A DNA stretch of 63,459 bases, filler included, from Octopus bimaculoides (Eukaryota): assembly GCF_001194135.2 (NCBI RefSeq). It is 5 parts of 5 records of this genome, joined end to end, with 100 filler letters (N's around TTAATTAATTAA, not from the genome) between each part and the next. Parts side by side here need not be neighbours in the genome. Positions count along the whole stretch, not along the records: positions 1 to 27,629 come from NC_068989.1; 4 more parts are not named here. One strand, given 5' to 3'. A program made the translations under genes and the position numbers. This document shows, one piece after another, positions 1 to 11,262 of this stretch. Below the pieces are notes generated by a model. It saw only the letters and a program-made list of their open reading frames with translations, was not told where the DNA came from and ran no database searches. Position 1 is the stretch's first letter, and each line of letters starts with the position of its first letter.

Positions 1-56
1 ATATATAGGTAGATAGAAAGAGAGAGAGAAAGAGAAAGAAAGAGAGAGATGTGTAC

Positions 57-279
57 GCTATGCAGTATTCTGCCAGTCGCTTCATTTCACTGTTCTGCTG
101 TTGCAGGTCTCCTTCTCTCTCTCTTTCTTTCTCTCTTCTTTGCACCAGACACTCTATTAATGTATAATATGGCCAATGGATAGGAGCATTTTGAGAGCGT
201 CTATGCTTCCTCTCGAGTACATTTGACGAAAGTTTTAGACATATTACCAAATCATTCTCTTTGACAGATGACAGTAGAA
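57..279 (-). CDS. Candidate internal coding exon of an unidentified gene (xLLSSVKENDLVICLKLSSNVLERKHRRSQNAPIHWPYYTLIECLVQRREKEREREGDLQQQNSEMKRLAEYCIA)
   Basis: Minus-strand frame is open from 301 to the window start. Acceptor ttttag precedes 279; weak donor GC|gtacac at 56-55. No family recognised. Confidence 0.4.
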
Positions 280-671
280 CTAAAATATTTATGAAAAGTA
301 ATTACGTAGACAAGAAAAAGGGAATCAGTCAGAATAGTTTCATTGTGATATCGGTGTATCACAATCCCTTGCGTACTCTCTGTACAAAGAATAAGGACAC
401 ATTTTTAAAAACCCTGCATTGCTAATGATTTGAGTAAATCTTGAGAGTGGCTTGTATGTATAATGATATATTGGCAGCTAGTTCAAGTCAAATTACTAAA
501 CTGTTAATAGTATTTCTTTCAATGCTATACTGATCTATGGATTACATCTGTAGTTTTTTTTTATCGATACTATGTATATACAGAGGTGCCTGGATAGGTG
601 TATGTGAAAGTGTGTTTCACTATATGTTTGAATGACTCTGTGGGCATATATGTGTAACTATTATTGCTATA

Positions 672-1058
672 GTGGAGGCGCAATGGCCCAGTAGTTAGGG
701 CAGCGGACTCGCGTTCATAGGATCGCAGTTTCGATTCCCAGACCGGGCGCTGTGAGTGTTTATTGAGCGAAAACACCTAAAGCCCCACGAGGCTCCGGCA
801 GGGGATGGTGACGAACCCTGCTGTACTCTTTCACCACAAATTTCTCTGAATCTTACTTCCTGTTTCTTTTGTGTCTGTAATTCAAAGGGTCAGCCTTGTC
901 ACACTGTGTCACGTTGAATATCCCCGAGAACTACGTTAAGGGTGCACGTGTCTGTGGAGTGCTCAGCCACTTGCACGTTAATTTCACGAGCAGGCTCTTC
1001 CGTTGATCGGATCAACTGGAATCTTCGACGTTGTAAGCGATGGAGTGCCAACACACAC
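672..1058 (+). mobile_element. tRNA-derived SINE, type A, full length with TSD
   Basis: tRNA-like head (TGGCCCAGTAGTTAGG...TTCGATTCCC); close copy at 23178; flanking direct repeat ATTATTGCTATA at 660-671 and 1059-1070. Confidence 0.9.
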
Positions 1059-1108
1059 ATTATTGCTATAGGTAGTTATTTTCTATTTCTATTCTAAATT
1101 ATTTGTTC

Positions 1109-1497
1109 TGAGTGGCTGTGTGGTAAGTAGCTTGCTTACCAACCACATGGTTTCGGGTTCATTCCCACTGCGTGGCACCTTGGGGGCAAATGTCTTCTAC
1201 TATAACCTCGGGTCGACCAAAGCCTTGTGAGTGGATTTGGTAGGCGGAAACTGAAAGAAGCCCGTCGTATATATTTATATATGTATATGTATGTGTGTGT
1301 ATATATTTATGTGTCTGTGTTTGTCCCCTAACATCGCTTGACAACAGATGGTGGTGTATTTAGCGGTTCGACAAAAGAGAGTGATCGAATAAGTACTAGG
1401 CTTACAAAGAATAAGTCCTTGGGTGGATTTGCTCGACTAAAGGCGGTGCTGCAGCATGGCCGCAGTCAAATGACTGAAACAAGTAAAAGAATAAATG
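1109..1497 (+). mobile_element. tRNA-derived SINE, type B (internal TA/TG microsatellite)
   Basis: Head GGCTGTGTGGTAAGTAGCTTGC, core CGACCAAAGCCTTGTGAGTGGATTTGG, tail CAGCATGGCCGCAGTCAAATGACTGAAAC; homologous copies at 20407, 46605, 48983 and 51642. Confidence 0.85.
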
Positions 1498-1659
1498 AGT
1501 AACAGTCTAGTATAAAATTCGGCTTTATAACGGCTACAAGACATTTACCATTTCCTTGTCTTGTTGCCACACTCAACAGCTGAAAGCATTACACTTTCCT
1601 CTGTTTCCTATATCCATATACTTCCAATATTTTCGATATGTTTCCTATATTTCCTATAT

Positions 1660-1843
1660 CAGCAAATCGGACAAAATGCTTTCGTCCGTCTTTACGTTCT
1701 GAGTTCAAATTCCTCCAAGGTGAACTTTGTCTTTCATACTTTAAGGGTCGATCAATTAAGTACCAGTAAAACACTGGGATCGATGTAATCGACTAATCCG
1801 CTCTCCAAAAATTCCAGGCCTTCTGCCTTTAGTAGAAAGGTTA
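1660..1843 (+). mobile_element. SINE type C, 5'-truncated
   Basis: TTCTGAGTTCAAATTCC...GGGTCGATCAATTAAGTACCAG...AGTAGAAAGG followed by (ATT)n; matches 13564-13768. Confidence 0.75.

Positions 1844-1909
<66 letters not shown>
1844..1909. repeat. (ATT)n microsatellite shared by two tail-to-tail retroposons
   Basis: Direct reading of the sequence. Confidence 0.95.
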
Positions 1910-2235
1910 GAGTGAGAGAGCAGTGCAACCCATGAAAGTGACACTGGGGTACAAATATATGAAACCCAGTATACCCATCATGACTACCCGTCTGGTAAGG
2001 GTACACCAGACAAATACATCACAATGCAGGTCCCAGCTAGAAATTTCCTGAGATCGAGTAGCCCTTCCTGGTCAAAAGGTCCCTGAACGGAGATTGTTTA
2101 AGGTTGCTGAACGAAAAACCCATGTTTCCAAAGGTGAATTATCCAAGGCCCAAAGAATTCCGCTCAACACATGGCCATATTGTTCCCCTACTAAATCTGC
2201 ACTTGATCAGACACGCACCTATCGTAAGCCAAGGC
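1910..2235 (-). mobile_element. Putative non-LTR retroposon 3' end with (TAA)n tail
   Basis: Ends in the (TAA)n run on the minus strand; internal CAGGGACCTTTTGA segment recurs at about 55630-55655. Clade not determined. Confidence 0.5.
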
Positions 2236-2435
2236 AATTTGATATTTCTAGAACATTTATAGACAGAACAGTAGTCTTACAGCTGTTTCCGGAAAATATA
2301 TGATATCTCATCATCAGATGTGTGTCTGTGTTTGTATATTTTGATATATGCATACACGATGCTTATATATATATATATATTTATATACATATATATATAT
2401 ATATATTGGAAGGTTCGGAGGTGATGTACAGGATT

Positions 2436-2645
2436 TATATATTGTAAAAAAATAATAAGGTACTCAGATATCTGGATAGTTGTACATCATCACATTTTTA
2501 TTAATGTCACAAGTGTTATAAATATTAGCACTTGTAGGTTTTTAAGCGCTAATATTTATAAAACTTGTGATATATTAATAAAAATCTGTAAATGTACAAC
2601 CATCCAGATATCTGAGTACCTTATTATTTTTCCAATATATATATA
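2436..2645. mobile_element. Fold-back (palindromic) MITE-like element in a (TA)n tract
   Basis: Inverted arms of about 90 bp (AATAATAAGGTACTCAGATATCTGGATAGTTGTACAT / ATGTACAACCATCCAGATATCTGAGTACCTTATTATT) around a spacer of about 10 nt. Confidence 0.8.
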
Positions 2646-3550
2646 TATGTAATATGATATATTATAAGATATATGCGCGCACGCACATACACGTATGTAT
2701 ATATATACACGCAACAGAGACATAAACACACACACACACATATACACAACGGGAGAATATATATCAATAAATTTGACGACCATCAAAACAAAGACAACAG
2801 CACACGGCAGAAGATTGAGAGGTAGCCAGAAGGGGAGAGTGAACGATGCACGAGGTAAGGAAGTGGTTTGTTAACATAGTTTATCTTGGAAGAACGGTCA
2901 TTACATTACATCGCATTTTGAAGCATGCTCCTTTACTGGCAATAAGATATAGCAACTAAGTATCTCATAAACATGGAAGATAGTGGTTCTTCTGGACCAA
3001 CGTGATGTGATAACGGACGTTGGTTGTATCAGGTTGGAGTAGGGAGTTGTATGTAACATGATTTCTTAAGATACGGAATATGTCAGCAAAGATTTACATT
3101 TTTATGAAGTTTTATCCAAGACCGATAAATGATGCAGTGTAAGAGAACTTAAAGATTGTAAGTTACATCTACTTTCAAATTCGTGGACGCATACACTTGA
3201 CATACCGACACGTACATCATACACAGACACATACGCATACACATGTTCATACATATAGACATGCACACATATGCACGTATACATACACACATATATGTGT
3301 GCGTCTTTATGTATACATACTTAACTTTATGCACATGTATCTACACACACATATCTGTATCTCTATGTACGCCTAAAAGTAGATAGATAGATTCTTTCTA
3401 ATAAGGTTAGTTTCCATCAATATAACACTATACCGATTTTCTTTCATTATATAACACTAGTCAACCAATAATATATGTGCGTGTACCAATATATATGCAT
3501 GTGAATACATAAGAAATTAACTATATATATATATATATATATAATTAAAT

Positions 3551-3859
3551 TTTTTTGCGCCCTTTTAAAACCTACCCAGGTTCATGGGCCCAATTTCCCG
3601 GTTTCTATGGCGTATGTGTCCGCCCCCCATCGGGATGGGTGGGAAGACACATCGCTTTACTCAAGACACAGGAAGAGAGAGTGAGAGAAAGTTGGGGTAA
3701 AAGAGTACAACAGGAGTCACCACCACCCCCTGCCGGAGCCTCGTGGAGCTTTAGGCGTTTTCACTCAATTAACACACACAACTCCCGGTCTGGGAATCGA
3801 AACCGCAATCCTCCGACTGCAGATTCGCTGCCCTAATCACTGGACTATTGAGCCTCCAC
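3551..3859 (-). mobile_element. tRNA-derived SINE, type A' (type A 5' half, different 3' half, poly-A end)
   Basis: Reverse complement matches 672-860, then diverges to ...CATACGCCATAGAAACCGGGAAA...AAAAGGGCGCAAAAAAA. Confidence 0.85.
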
Positions 3860-3915
3860 GTGCTCCAGCATGGCCGCAGTCAAATGACTGAAACAGTAAA
3901 AGAGTAAAAGAGTAA
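3860..3915 (+). mobile_element. SINE type B 3' tail fragment
   Basis: GTGCTCCAGCATGGCCGCAGTCAAATGACTGAAACAGTAAAAGAG, matching the tail at 1447-1490. Confidence 0.7.
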
Positions 3916-5705
3916 ATGCGAGTGTATATGGTTATGCATGTGATTGTAGCCCCGAAAGGCTCTGAAAGAGTGCGTTCAAAGAGGTCACCCGTAAATAATA
4001 AGAAAATATAATTTGGTACGAGAAATAACCCGTTTTAAATCTGTTCTACATCTCTTCTACTCTGCATTTATCACTATCAATATAGTCCTCTTTCTATTAT
4101 TTACCTGAGAAATGTCCTCCTTTACTCTTCTTTTGTACGCATAATCTTGCTTCCACACTGATCTTTAATCCGCCGAGAAGAACCTTCACTAAGATGTACC
4201 CTTTCCCTCTGAGGCTTTTACGCTGATGCACTTTAAGTTCTCAGGAACAGGTCATACACCTAACCTTATTTGGTTATAGAATGTTTGATATATTTACCAG
4301 AACAGTATTAATGTAATGAGTTTCCTTGTTGGAAACGTAGTAGTAGTAGACATTTCCGTATCAAATTGCCAAACATTATCCGCAATACAACTGTTTCACA
4401 GGTTAGAGGAACATGTTATCCAGCTGGGGTTCTTATAACACAGCGTTAGATATCATGTATTACAAACTGTTTACTTTTGACGCTGTTACTACTTTTTTCA
4501 TAGACTTCTTGGCAAGCAGTCGGCTATAGCTGAAAGTGAATTCTTCTTCTGTCCTCAGCCTAACAACAAAAATTTCTAGAAACCTCACAACTGCAGCCAG
4601 CAATTGTCAGATTGAATATTTACGTGGATTCTATAATCCAAAGATGAGAAAATTAAATCTGTTCGAAAACTGTATTAGTTCATGATGCAGCTTCCTATTC
4701 TGTTTAATCCAGTCTTCTGGGTTGCTTTTTTTATTTCATGTTTTTTCTTCTTATCTTTTCCATTCTTCCTGTGTTCTAGGATAGTCATGATAAAAAGACT
4801 TTGAAATAGCCAAGGCATCAACACCACTAAAAACCCATCATTTTGTTTCAATCATTAACACTGCATTACTATTATATCGAATGTTTTCTTTCTTTGTTAT
4901 GAATTTTTAATGTAGCTGAATTTAGTTTTCCTATTTCTAACAGATCGAGCATTTATGAACAAGCTGTCTGTTAAACCGATGTCAATGTTTGGATTCGTTA
5001 AATTTGATTTAAATCTCAAGCAAATGTTGTCATATAATACACATAAAAGCTTGGCAGAAATGCGTGACATGTTCTTCACACAATACTATTTTCATCTGCC
5101 TTTGGTTCTTTTCTTGCTTTCAATTAAGATCATTGTATTGTAAAAATTCAAATACCGCCAGCAAAAATATGAAATTCAGTACAATTGAAAGAATTATAAC
5201 TCTGGATATACCAGAGACTATAACCCTGGGACCGGTGCTATCATGCAACACTTTAGACAAGTACATTCTAGCATAGACTCGAGTCAATATATATATNNNN
5301 NNNNNNNNNNNNNNNNNNNNNNNNNNNNNNNNNNNNNNNNNNNNNNNNNNNNNNNNNNNNNNNNNNNNNNNNNNNNNNNNNNNNNNNNNNNNNNNNNNNN
5401 NNNNNNNNNNNNNNNNNNNNNNNNNNNNNNNNNNNNNNNNNNNNNNNNNNNNNNNNNNNNNNNNNNNNNNNNNNNNNNNNNNNNNNNNNNNNNNNNNNNN
5501 NNNNNNNNNNNNNNNNNNNNNNNNNNNNNNNNNNNNNNNNNNNNNNNNNNNNNNNNNNNNNNNNNNNNNNNNNNNNNNNNNNNNNNNNNNNNNNNNNNNN
5601 NNNNNNNNNNNNNNNNNNNNNNNNNNNNNNNNNNNNNNNNNNNNNNNNNNNNNNNNNNNNNNNNNNNNNNNNNNNNNNNNNNNNNNNNNNNNNNNNNNNN
5701 NNNNN

Positions 5706-5753
<48 letters not shown>

Positions 5754-5754
5754 C

Positions 5755-5957
5755 TGGTACTCCATGAATTTCGACGACAAGAGTTCTACTTCATCCAATC
5801 AAGGTAACAGCCTGTCACAAGGCAGGCCCGTTGAAATAAAGGTACTACTCATTTTTGCCAGCCTAGTGGACTGGAGCAAAGTGTCTCGCTAAAGAATACA
5901 ACGCGACACCGGTTATCGATCTTACGATCATTTGTTGAATAGCCTAACCGCTAGCAC
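5755..5957 (-). mobile_element. SINE type D, internally deleted
   Basis: Reverse complement matches the head/core of 11012-11180 and the extreme tail of type A, with the middle missing. Confidence 0.65.
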
Positions 5958-6309
5958 ACACAAAGACACACACACACAAAGACACACACACACATATACA
6001 TGCAAATTTGTATGTATTAAAAACTTACATACATACATACATACATACATTTAGCCATATAATGGCTAAAAGTAAGGAAGTATTTACAATGTTTATCAAA
6101 TTACTTTACCAGTTTCGATCGTTTTAAAAGACAATGTAGTCATACTGAAATAAATGGGAATATATATTGAAATAAATTAGATTAAATTAGTCTCTCATGA
6201 TATCTCTTCTGACAATTCACATGTTCTCTTACACAAATCACATGGTACTGTTGTTTATTTTCCATTGTTAGTTACCGGGTCAAGTTTGTAGTACCAGCAA
6301 CAGGAATGG

Positions 6310-6450
6310 CTGCTGGCCGTAGTTTCTGTCTAAGAAATCCAATCACATAACATTGGCCGGCACTGGCCTATAGTAGAAGACTGTTGCCCAGGGTGGCACT
6401 CAATAGGACTACAGCTCGTCGATGCAGAGGAGGCTATTTAATCACACATA
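6310..6450 (-). mobile_element. Degenerate SINE type B 5' part
   Basis: CTATAGTAGAAGACTGTTGCCCAGGGTGGCAC resembles the reverse complement of the type B head/core. Confidence 0.5.
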
Positions 6451-9400
6451 TGTATGTATTATTGTGTATGCACGTACACGTGTGATTAGTTTCTGCCGAT
6501 GCTTAAAAGTGAATTATTCGCATGAAAGAAGCATACAACCTATATTTTTCGGGTTACCTCTCATGTTCGGGTTCTCCATACTGGGGTCTAAGGACATGTC
6601 ACTGTGGCTCTCATCATCAATAAACCAGGAATTTGGTCCAGTAAAGTTCTGAGACGAGTTTGAAATTTCATGAAAATTGTTTGGTATGTGAAGCGTCAAA
6701 ACAATTTCATGAAAATTGTTTGACATGTGAAGGGTCAAAGTAGGGGAAGTAATGGCTTTTTAACACCTCCACTACCAAAAACTTTGGTTTCATTGGTGGT
6801 GTCCAATCTGTTACGAGCGTTCGATACTAGTTTGCAGTTTGAAGATGTCTTTCTCTCCCCACCCCTCTCTCTCTCTCTCTCTTTCACGTCAGTTGTGATA
6901 GCCTCTTAAAAGATTATGTGCAATACTCTTTCTAGTTATAGAAATCATATGTTGTGTACTTCGAGCACAGTTGAAGAGAAAGTATACTGGGAACCATTGA
7001 CCGTAAGTCAACTTGCAAATTTGATCTGCTTTTAATAGTATTGCAATATCGATTTTCGCTATACAGTACTTTCTCAAATACAGGCGAGCAACACCTTTGA
7101 CTCTCTCTTGTTATACACCTTAAACTTATTTTGACGATGACACAGAAATAAATAGCAAAGATATACTGATTTCTGTTCAACATATTTCAGTGCAAGAGCC
7201 AACGAAGAATTTACATGAATCAAAAAACAAAAATTGACCTGCTAGAATTAGCAGCAAAATCTACTTAAATTGCACCATACTTTTTTTGGAAAGGTCACGA
7301 GTAACATATTGTATTTCTTGACATGAAATGGATATAAATAAAACGTGATGACCATTATTGTAATAATTATGATTAAAGGTTAAATTATTAAAGAATAACA
7401 TAGGATTAACAAAAAAAAAAACAAAAAAAAACAGTTTAAATAGAATATTTGTGTATGTGCCAATATAAGTGATAGTTATATTTCCTATTATATGGATTTG
7501 TAATTTCACGCTTATGTTATTCGAGCTTTCAGTTTACTTCTCTTTGGCTCAAATACATAGAAGCTCTATTGCATGTATCTCATTACTCAGTGATTTTTCC
7601 TTCGGTATGATAGGGACATAAAATTTCGTAGGAAAAATATTACGATGAGTGATTTACCGTGACGAGTCAAAAATCAAACAGACATCTTCATAGTGGGAAA
7701 ATATAGAGAGGCTAAAACCACACTAGTAAGCGTACGAGTTGATAAAACAAGGCAATGCAAAGAAGTGTGGAGTAGCATGTGTAGGGAGATAGGGAGTGTG
7801 AGGGGGAAGATGGAGCTGCAACTAGTGAGAATGATAAGCCCTATTGGAGAAAATTAAATGAAGAAAGGTTAAAAATTAGTAATTAGAACCAGATTCACTT
7901 GAAATAGTGTTAATTGAACTGACATAAACGGTATGACGGTTTAATTAATACTATGTCCCTTATTCGTGTATGAAATCTGGATTTAGCGATAAAATTTACA
8001 GTGACCTATGAAAAAATACCTCTTGAGTCTCATTCAACGTGCTGGAAGCAGTAGACATGTCTCTCTCAAATTAAAAACTAAGGTCTTGAAAATAGGAAAG
8101 TATCCTTGGTTAAGGTAGTCTTCCATATGGAATATTTGAATAAAACGGATTAGTCATATCTGGAATCCCATCAATCATAATTATACTCGTTCAAATCTTA
8201 TATGAAGCTAAATAAAGTACAGCAAAATGATCACTCCAAATTACTCGTAAGCGATTTTCACATGTAAATAGAACATCATGTTGACACTATTATACAATTC
8301 TTTTCATAATTTGCGGACTCATTATTAGTGTAAACATTTCTTATGTATACAAGCAATTCCGCCATGTTACATACTGCGTTTTTTTCTTAAAAGTACACAT
8401 AGAGCAGTTAAATTTCTATCTGTAATGTTAACCCAACTGTTAGAACTGTTATTCATATTAATGTTACATTACTATTTCTGGTAAAGGCACGAAGCCAAAT
8501 ACTTTGAGGAGAGAAGTATAATCCCAGGTACTTAAGCAGTAATTATATTTTAATGATTTACTCAGAAGAGGAAAGGAAAGAGTAAAAATATATGATCATT
8601 TCTGAGGATTCGTGTGAGTAAGTAGGAAGTTAATCGCCGCTTTGAGACCGAAGCTAAAAACTTTGAAGTGATTGAACTCAGCTACCAAAATCCCCTATGC
8701 TCTGATGGTGCTGTTAAACTGGGTCACAGTTAAGCTTACAGTTAAGCTTACCTTTTAAAAACAGGAAAGGTCACACCGACACGTTCCTACGCAGTTTCTG
8801 ATAAAGAAGAAATTAGTCAATCCAGTGTGATATGGAAAGGCAAGATGTCACGCTAAGAAAGATTGAACCTGAAGCCAATGGATTGCGAAGTGAACGTTTT
8901 CATTACACAAGCATATAGTGGCAGAAATGAATAAAAAAATTTTAAAAAAAGAACTTAGAAATTGCTATAAAATAATTTTAACGAGAACAAAAATGTAAAT
9001 AAAAAAAAAACTGAAACTAAGAAAAGCTTGAACTCAGAACACAAACGGGTGTAACTAATTAATTCATCCCACCAATTCCACGTTTGACACATTCTACCAT
9101 CCAACACTGCTTCTGCCCTTCGATAATAAATATTTCATTACTGGCTTTCTTTTTATATACATTCAAATGTAATTCCAACATTCCAACATTAATGTGCTTG
9201 CTGTTATAAACTAATTTAATGATTCAATAAATTGTGACTCGAACGTTAGAAAATCTTGAAACACTAATTAAAATTACAACTAACTATAATGTACTTCAAT
9301 AAATAGTCTTTGTGTAAATAGTTTTTATTAAATACCTTTTAGGATAAGCTGAATATTTGCAGATAATATCTCACGAATTCATTATATATTCATTTCCATA

Positions 9401-9951
9401 AGTAATTTATTTTATACCGCATCTTTTATTATCATTCTTGTTTTCTTTATTTCCTGAGATTTTATAACTTCAGTCGTATAATTTTTATTTTAACATTTTA
9501 TGATCATTAAAGTTCAGAAAATAATATAAAGTTTGAAAAATAACGCACATTTACGTTCGTAGTAATACATGAATTCACAACATTGCTAAACTGTATCGAA
9601 ACATTTTTGAGATAGCTGAAGTATGTATAGATTTTCATGGTTAAAAATAAATAAACATCATAAATTACTTATGGTCTATTTGTTTTTTAAGCTATAAAAT
9701 TGATCAAGATAAGAAGTTTGTAAGCGGTGTGGTGGAGAAGCAGAAACTTTTTTCAACTGCATTGTGTTTCGTTCTAGGTTTTATTATAATAGTTCTTGCA
9801 ATGATCATAATGTAGCGATTTAGAAACAGATACAAGATCGTTTTCCTGTTGACTCTTCTGTTTTCTCAAGCTAATTGAAACTAAGCACTGAAATCTTACC
9901 AAACAGTCTTTCAATTTCGCTGTATTGCTGCTGCTTATTAACGGTGTAGTA

Positions 9952-10178
9952 TTGGGTTGTCCGGAAAGTTCGTGCCGATTTATAGTAGCTTACCTTTCGG
10001 TTCATTTGCCATGAAACCACCTCAATTCTGGAAAGAGGGTATTTTCAAGTTAAAGGAAAGATGAAGACACATTGCGCAACAAAATGGTTCATATTTGGTT
10101 GATAAAAATATAATGGTAAGTATTTATTGACCTTTTTCTTTCCTTTAAACATCGGCACGAACTTTCCGGACAACCCAT
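9952..10178 (+). mobile_element. Internally deleted mariner (MITE-like)
   Basis: Perfect 27-bp TIRs (TGGGTTGTCCGGAAAGTTCGTGCCGAT), 5' TA; the interior encodes the mariner C-terminus FAMKPPQFWKEGIFKLKER*RHIAQQNGSYL. Confidence 0.9.
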
Positions 10179-10317
10179 TCTGGCATATGAGAATAGACTC
10201 CACGAAGAGGACCAACCCACTACAAATAGCTGCTAAATGTGTCACAAATCACACATCATCTTAAACAAGAAAACGATAGTACTATGTGTTGTAGGCTAAA
10301 ATGAACTTTGTCTAAAA

Positions 10318-10387
10318 TTACGGTATGTTCACAGCTTTTTAATGGCCCTCTGATGAACGGCATTAAGGAACTGTGAACATTTCGTAG
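10318..10387 (+). ncRNA. Pre-miRNA-like hairpin (candidate)
   Basis: Arms 10325-10347 and 10359-10380 form 21 pairs (2 G-U), 1 mismatch and 1 bulge, with an 11-nt loop and a short basal extension. No expression evidence. Confidence 0.25.
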
Positions 10388-11011
10388 ATATACTCGATTG
10401 GGAGTAAAGAGTGGTAAGTATTCTATGCACCAGTTTACAGCTACATGAGCAAAGGAATTTCTGAGTGATTTTCCTACATATCAAACACAGCACAATTCCA
10501 CTCGTTGTTTAAAACATATCGATTTCTCGGTTGTTTATCTGATAATCTAACAACATTAAATTCCGCATATTCTAATTAAAAAATACAGAATAAAATATGG
10601 AAGAACATTTAGATAGTCACGAACGAGGCGTTTCTGGAAAAAAATTCTCTATCTGAAAATTCTTGGTTTACAGCATGAGCTGCGACTGGCTATACATTAA
10701 ATATCTTTTGAATAAATAGCAAAAATCATTCAACAAACTACCAACAAGAGAAATATACGGAAACACATCTGGATTAGATGGTATTACATAAGAAACATTA
10801 AACACAGATAAACGTGACTGCAGGGGAATTCTTGACACAGTTTCGTAATATATTGCATATTCAACAGATCCCTAAAGATTGGAATTCCGATATAGCAACA
10901 ACGATATCAAAAAAGAGGAATGTCCCAAAGTGTGTGGATTTTAGAGTGCTATAACCCATAGCAGGATAGTATTAAAAGACTCTAGTTGGTTATCGGATAT
11001 AGGGAACGTAA

Positions 11012-11262
11012 AGGCGCATGGCTTAGTGGTTAGGATATTCGTCTCACGATCGTAAAGTCATGAGTTCAATTCCCGGTTGTGTCCTTGAGCAAAATACTTT
11101 TTTCGCGTTGCTCCAAACCATCAGCGGGCAAAAATGAGTGGTACCTATAATTCAAAGGATTAACCTTGTCATATGCTGTGTCACGATGAATCTCCTTGAG
11201 AAATACTTTAAGGGTACACGTGTCTGTGGAGTGCTCAGCCACTTGCTCACTAATTTCACGAC
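11012..11262 (+). mobile_element. tRNA-derived SINE, type D (own head, type A 3' half)
   Basis: Head GGCGCATGGCTTAGTGGTTAGG...GAGTTCAATTCCC; 3' half AAGGGTACACGTGTCTGTGGAGTGCTCAGCCACTTGC shared with 672-1058. Confidence 0.85.

Noticed and set aside
672-745. SINE heads as functional tRNA genes
   Set aside because: They lack a complete acceptor stem and run into SINE bodies with TSDs.
4100-4240. Exon-like minus segment ending CAG|gtaaat
   Set aside because: No convincing acceptor and no recognisable peptide.
6664-6741. 39-bp tandem pair (and similar pairs near 49510-49570) as CRISPR-like repeats
   Set aside because: Only two adjacent units with no spacers, in a eukaryotic context; ordinary local duplications.
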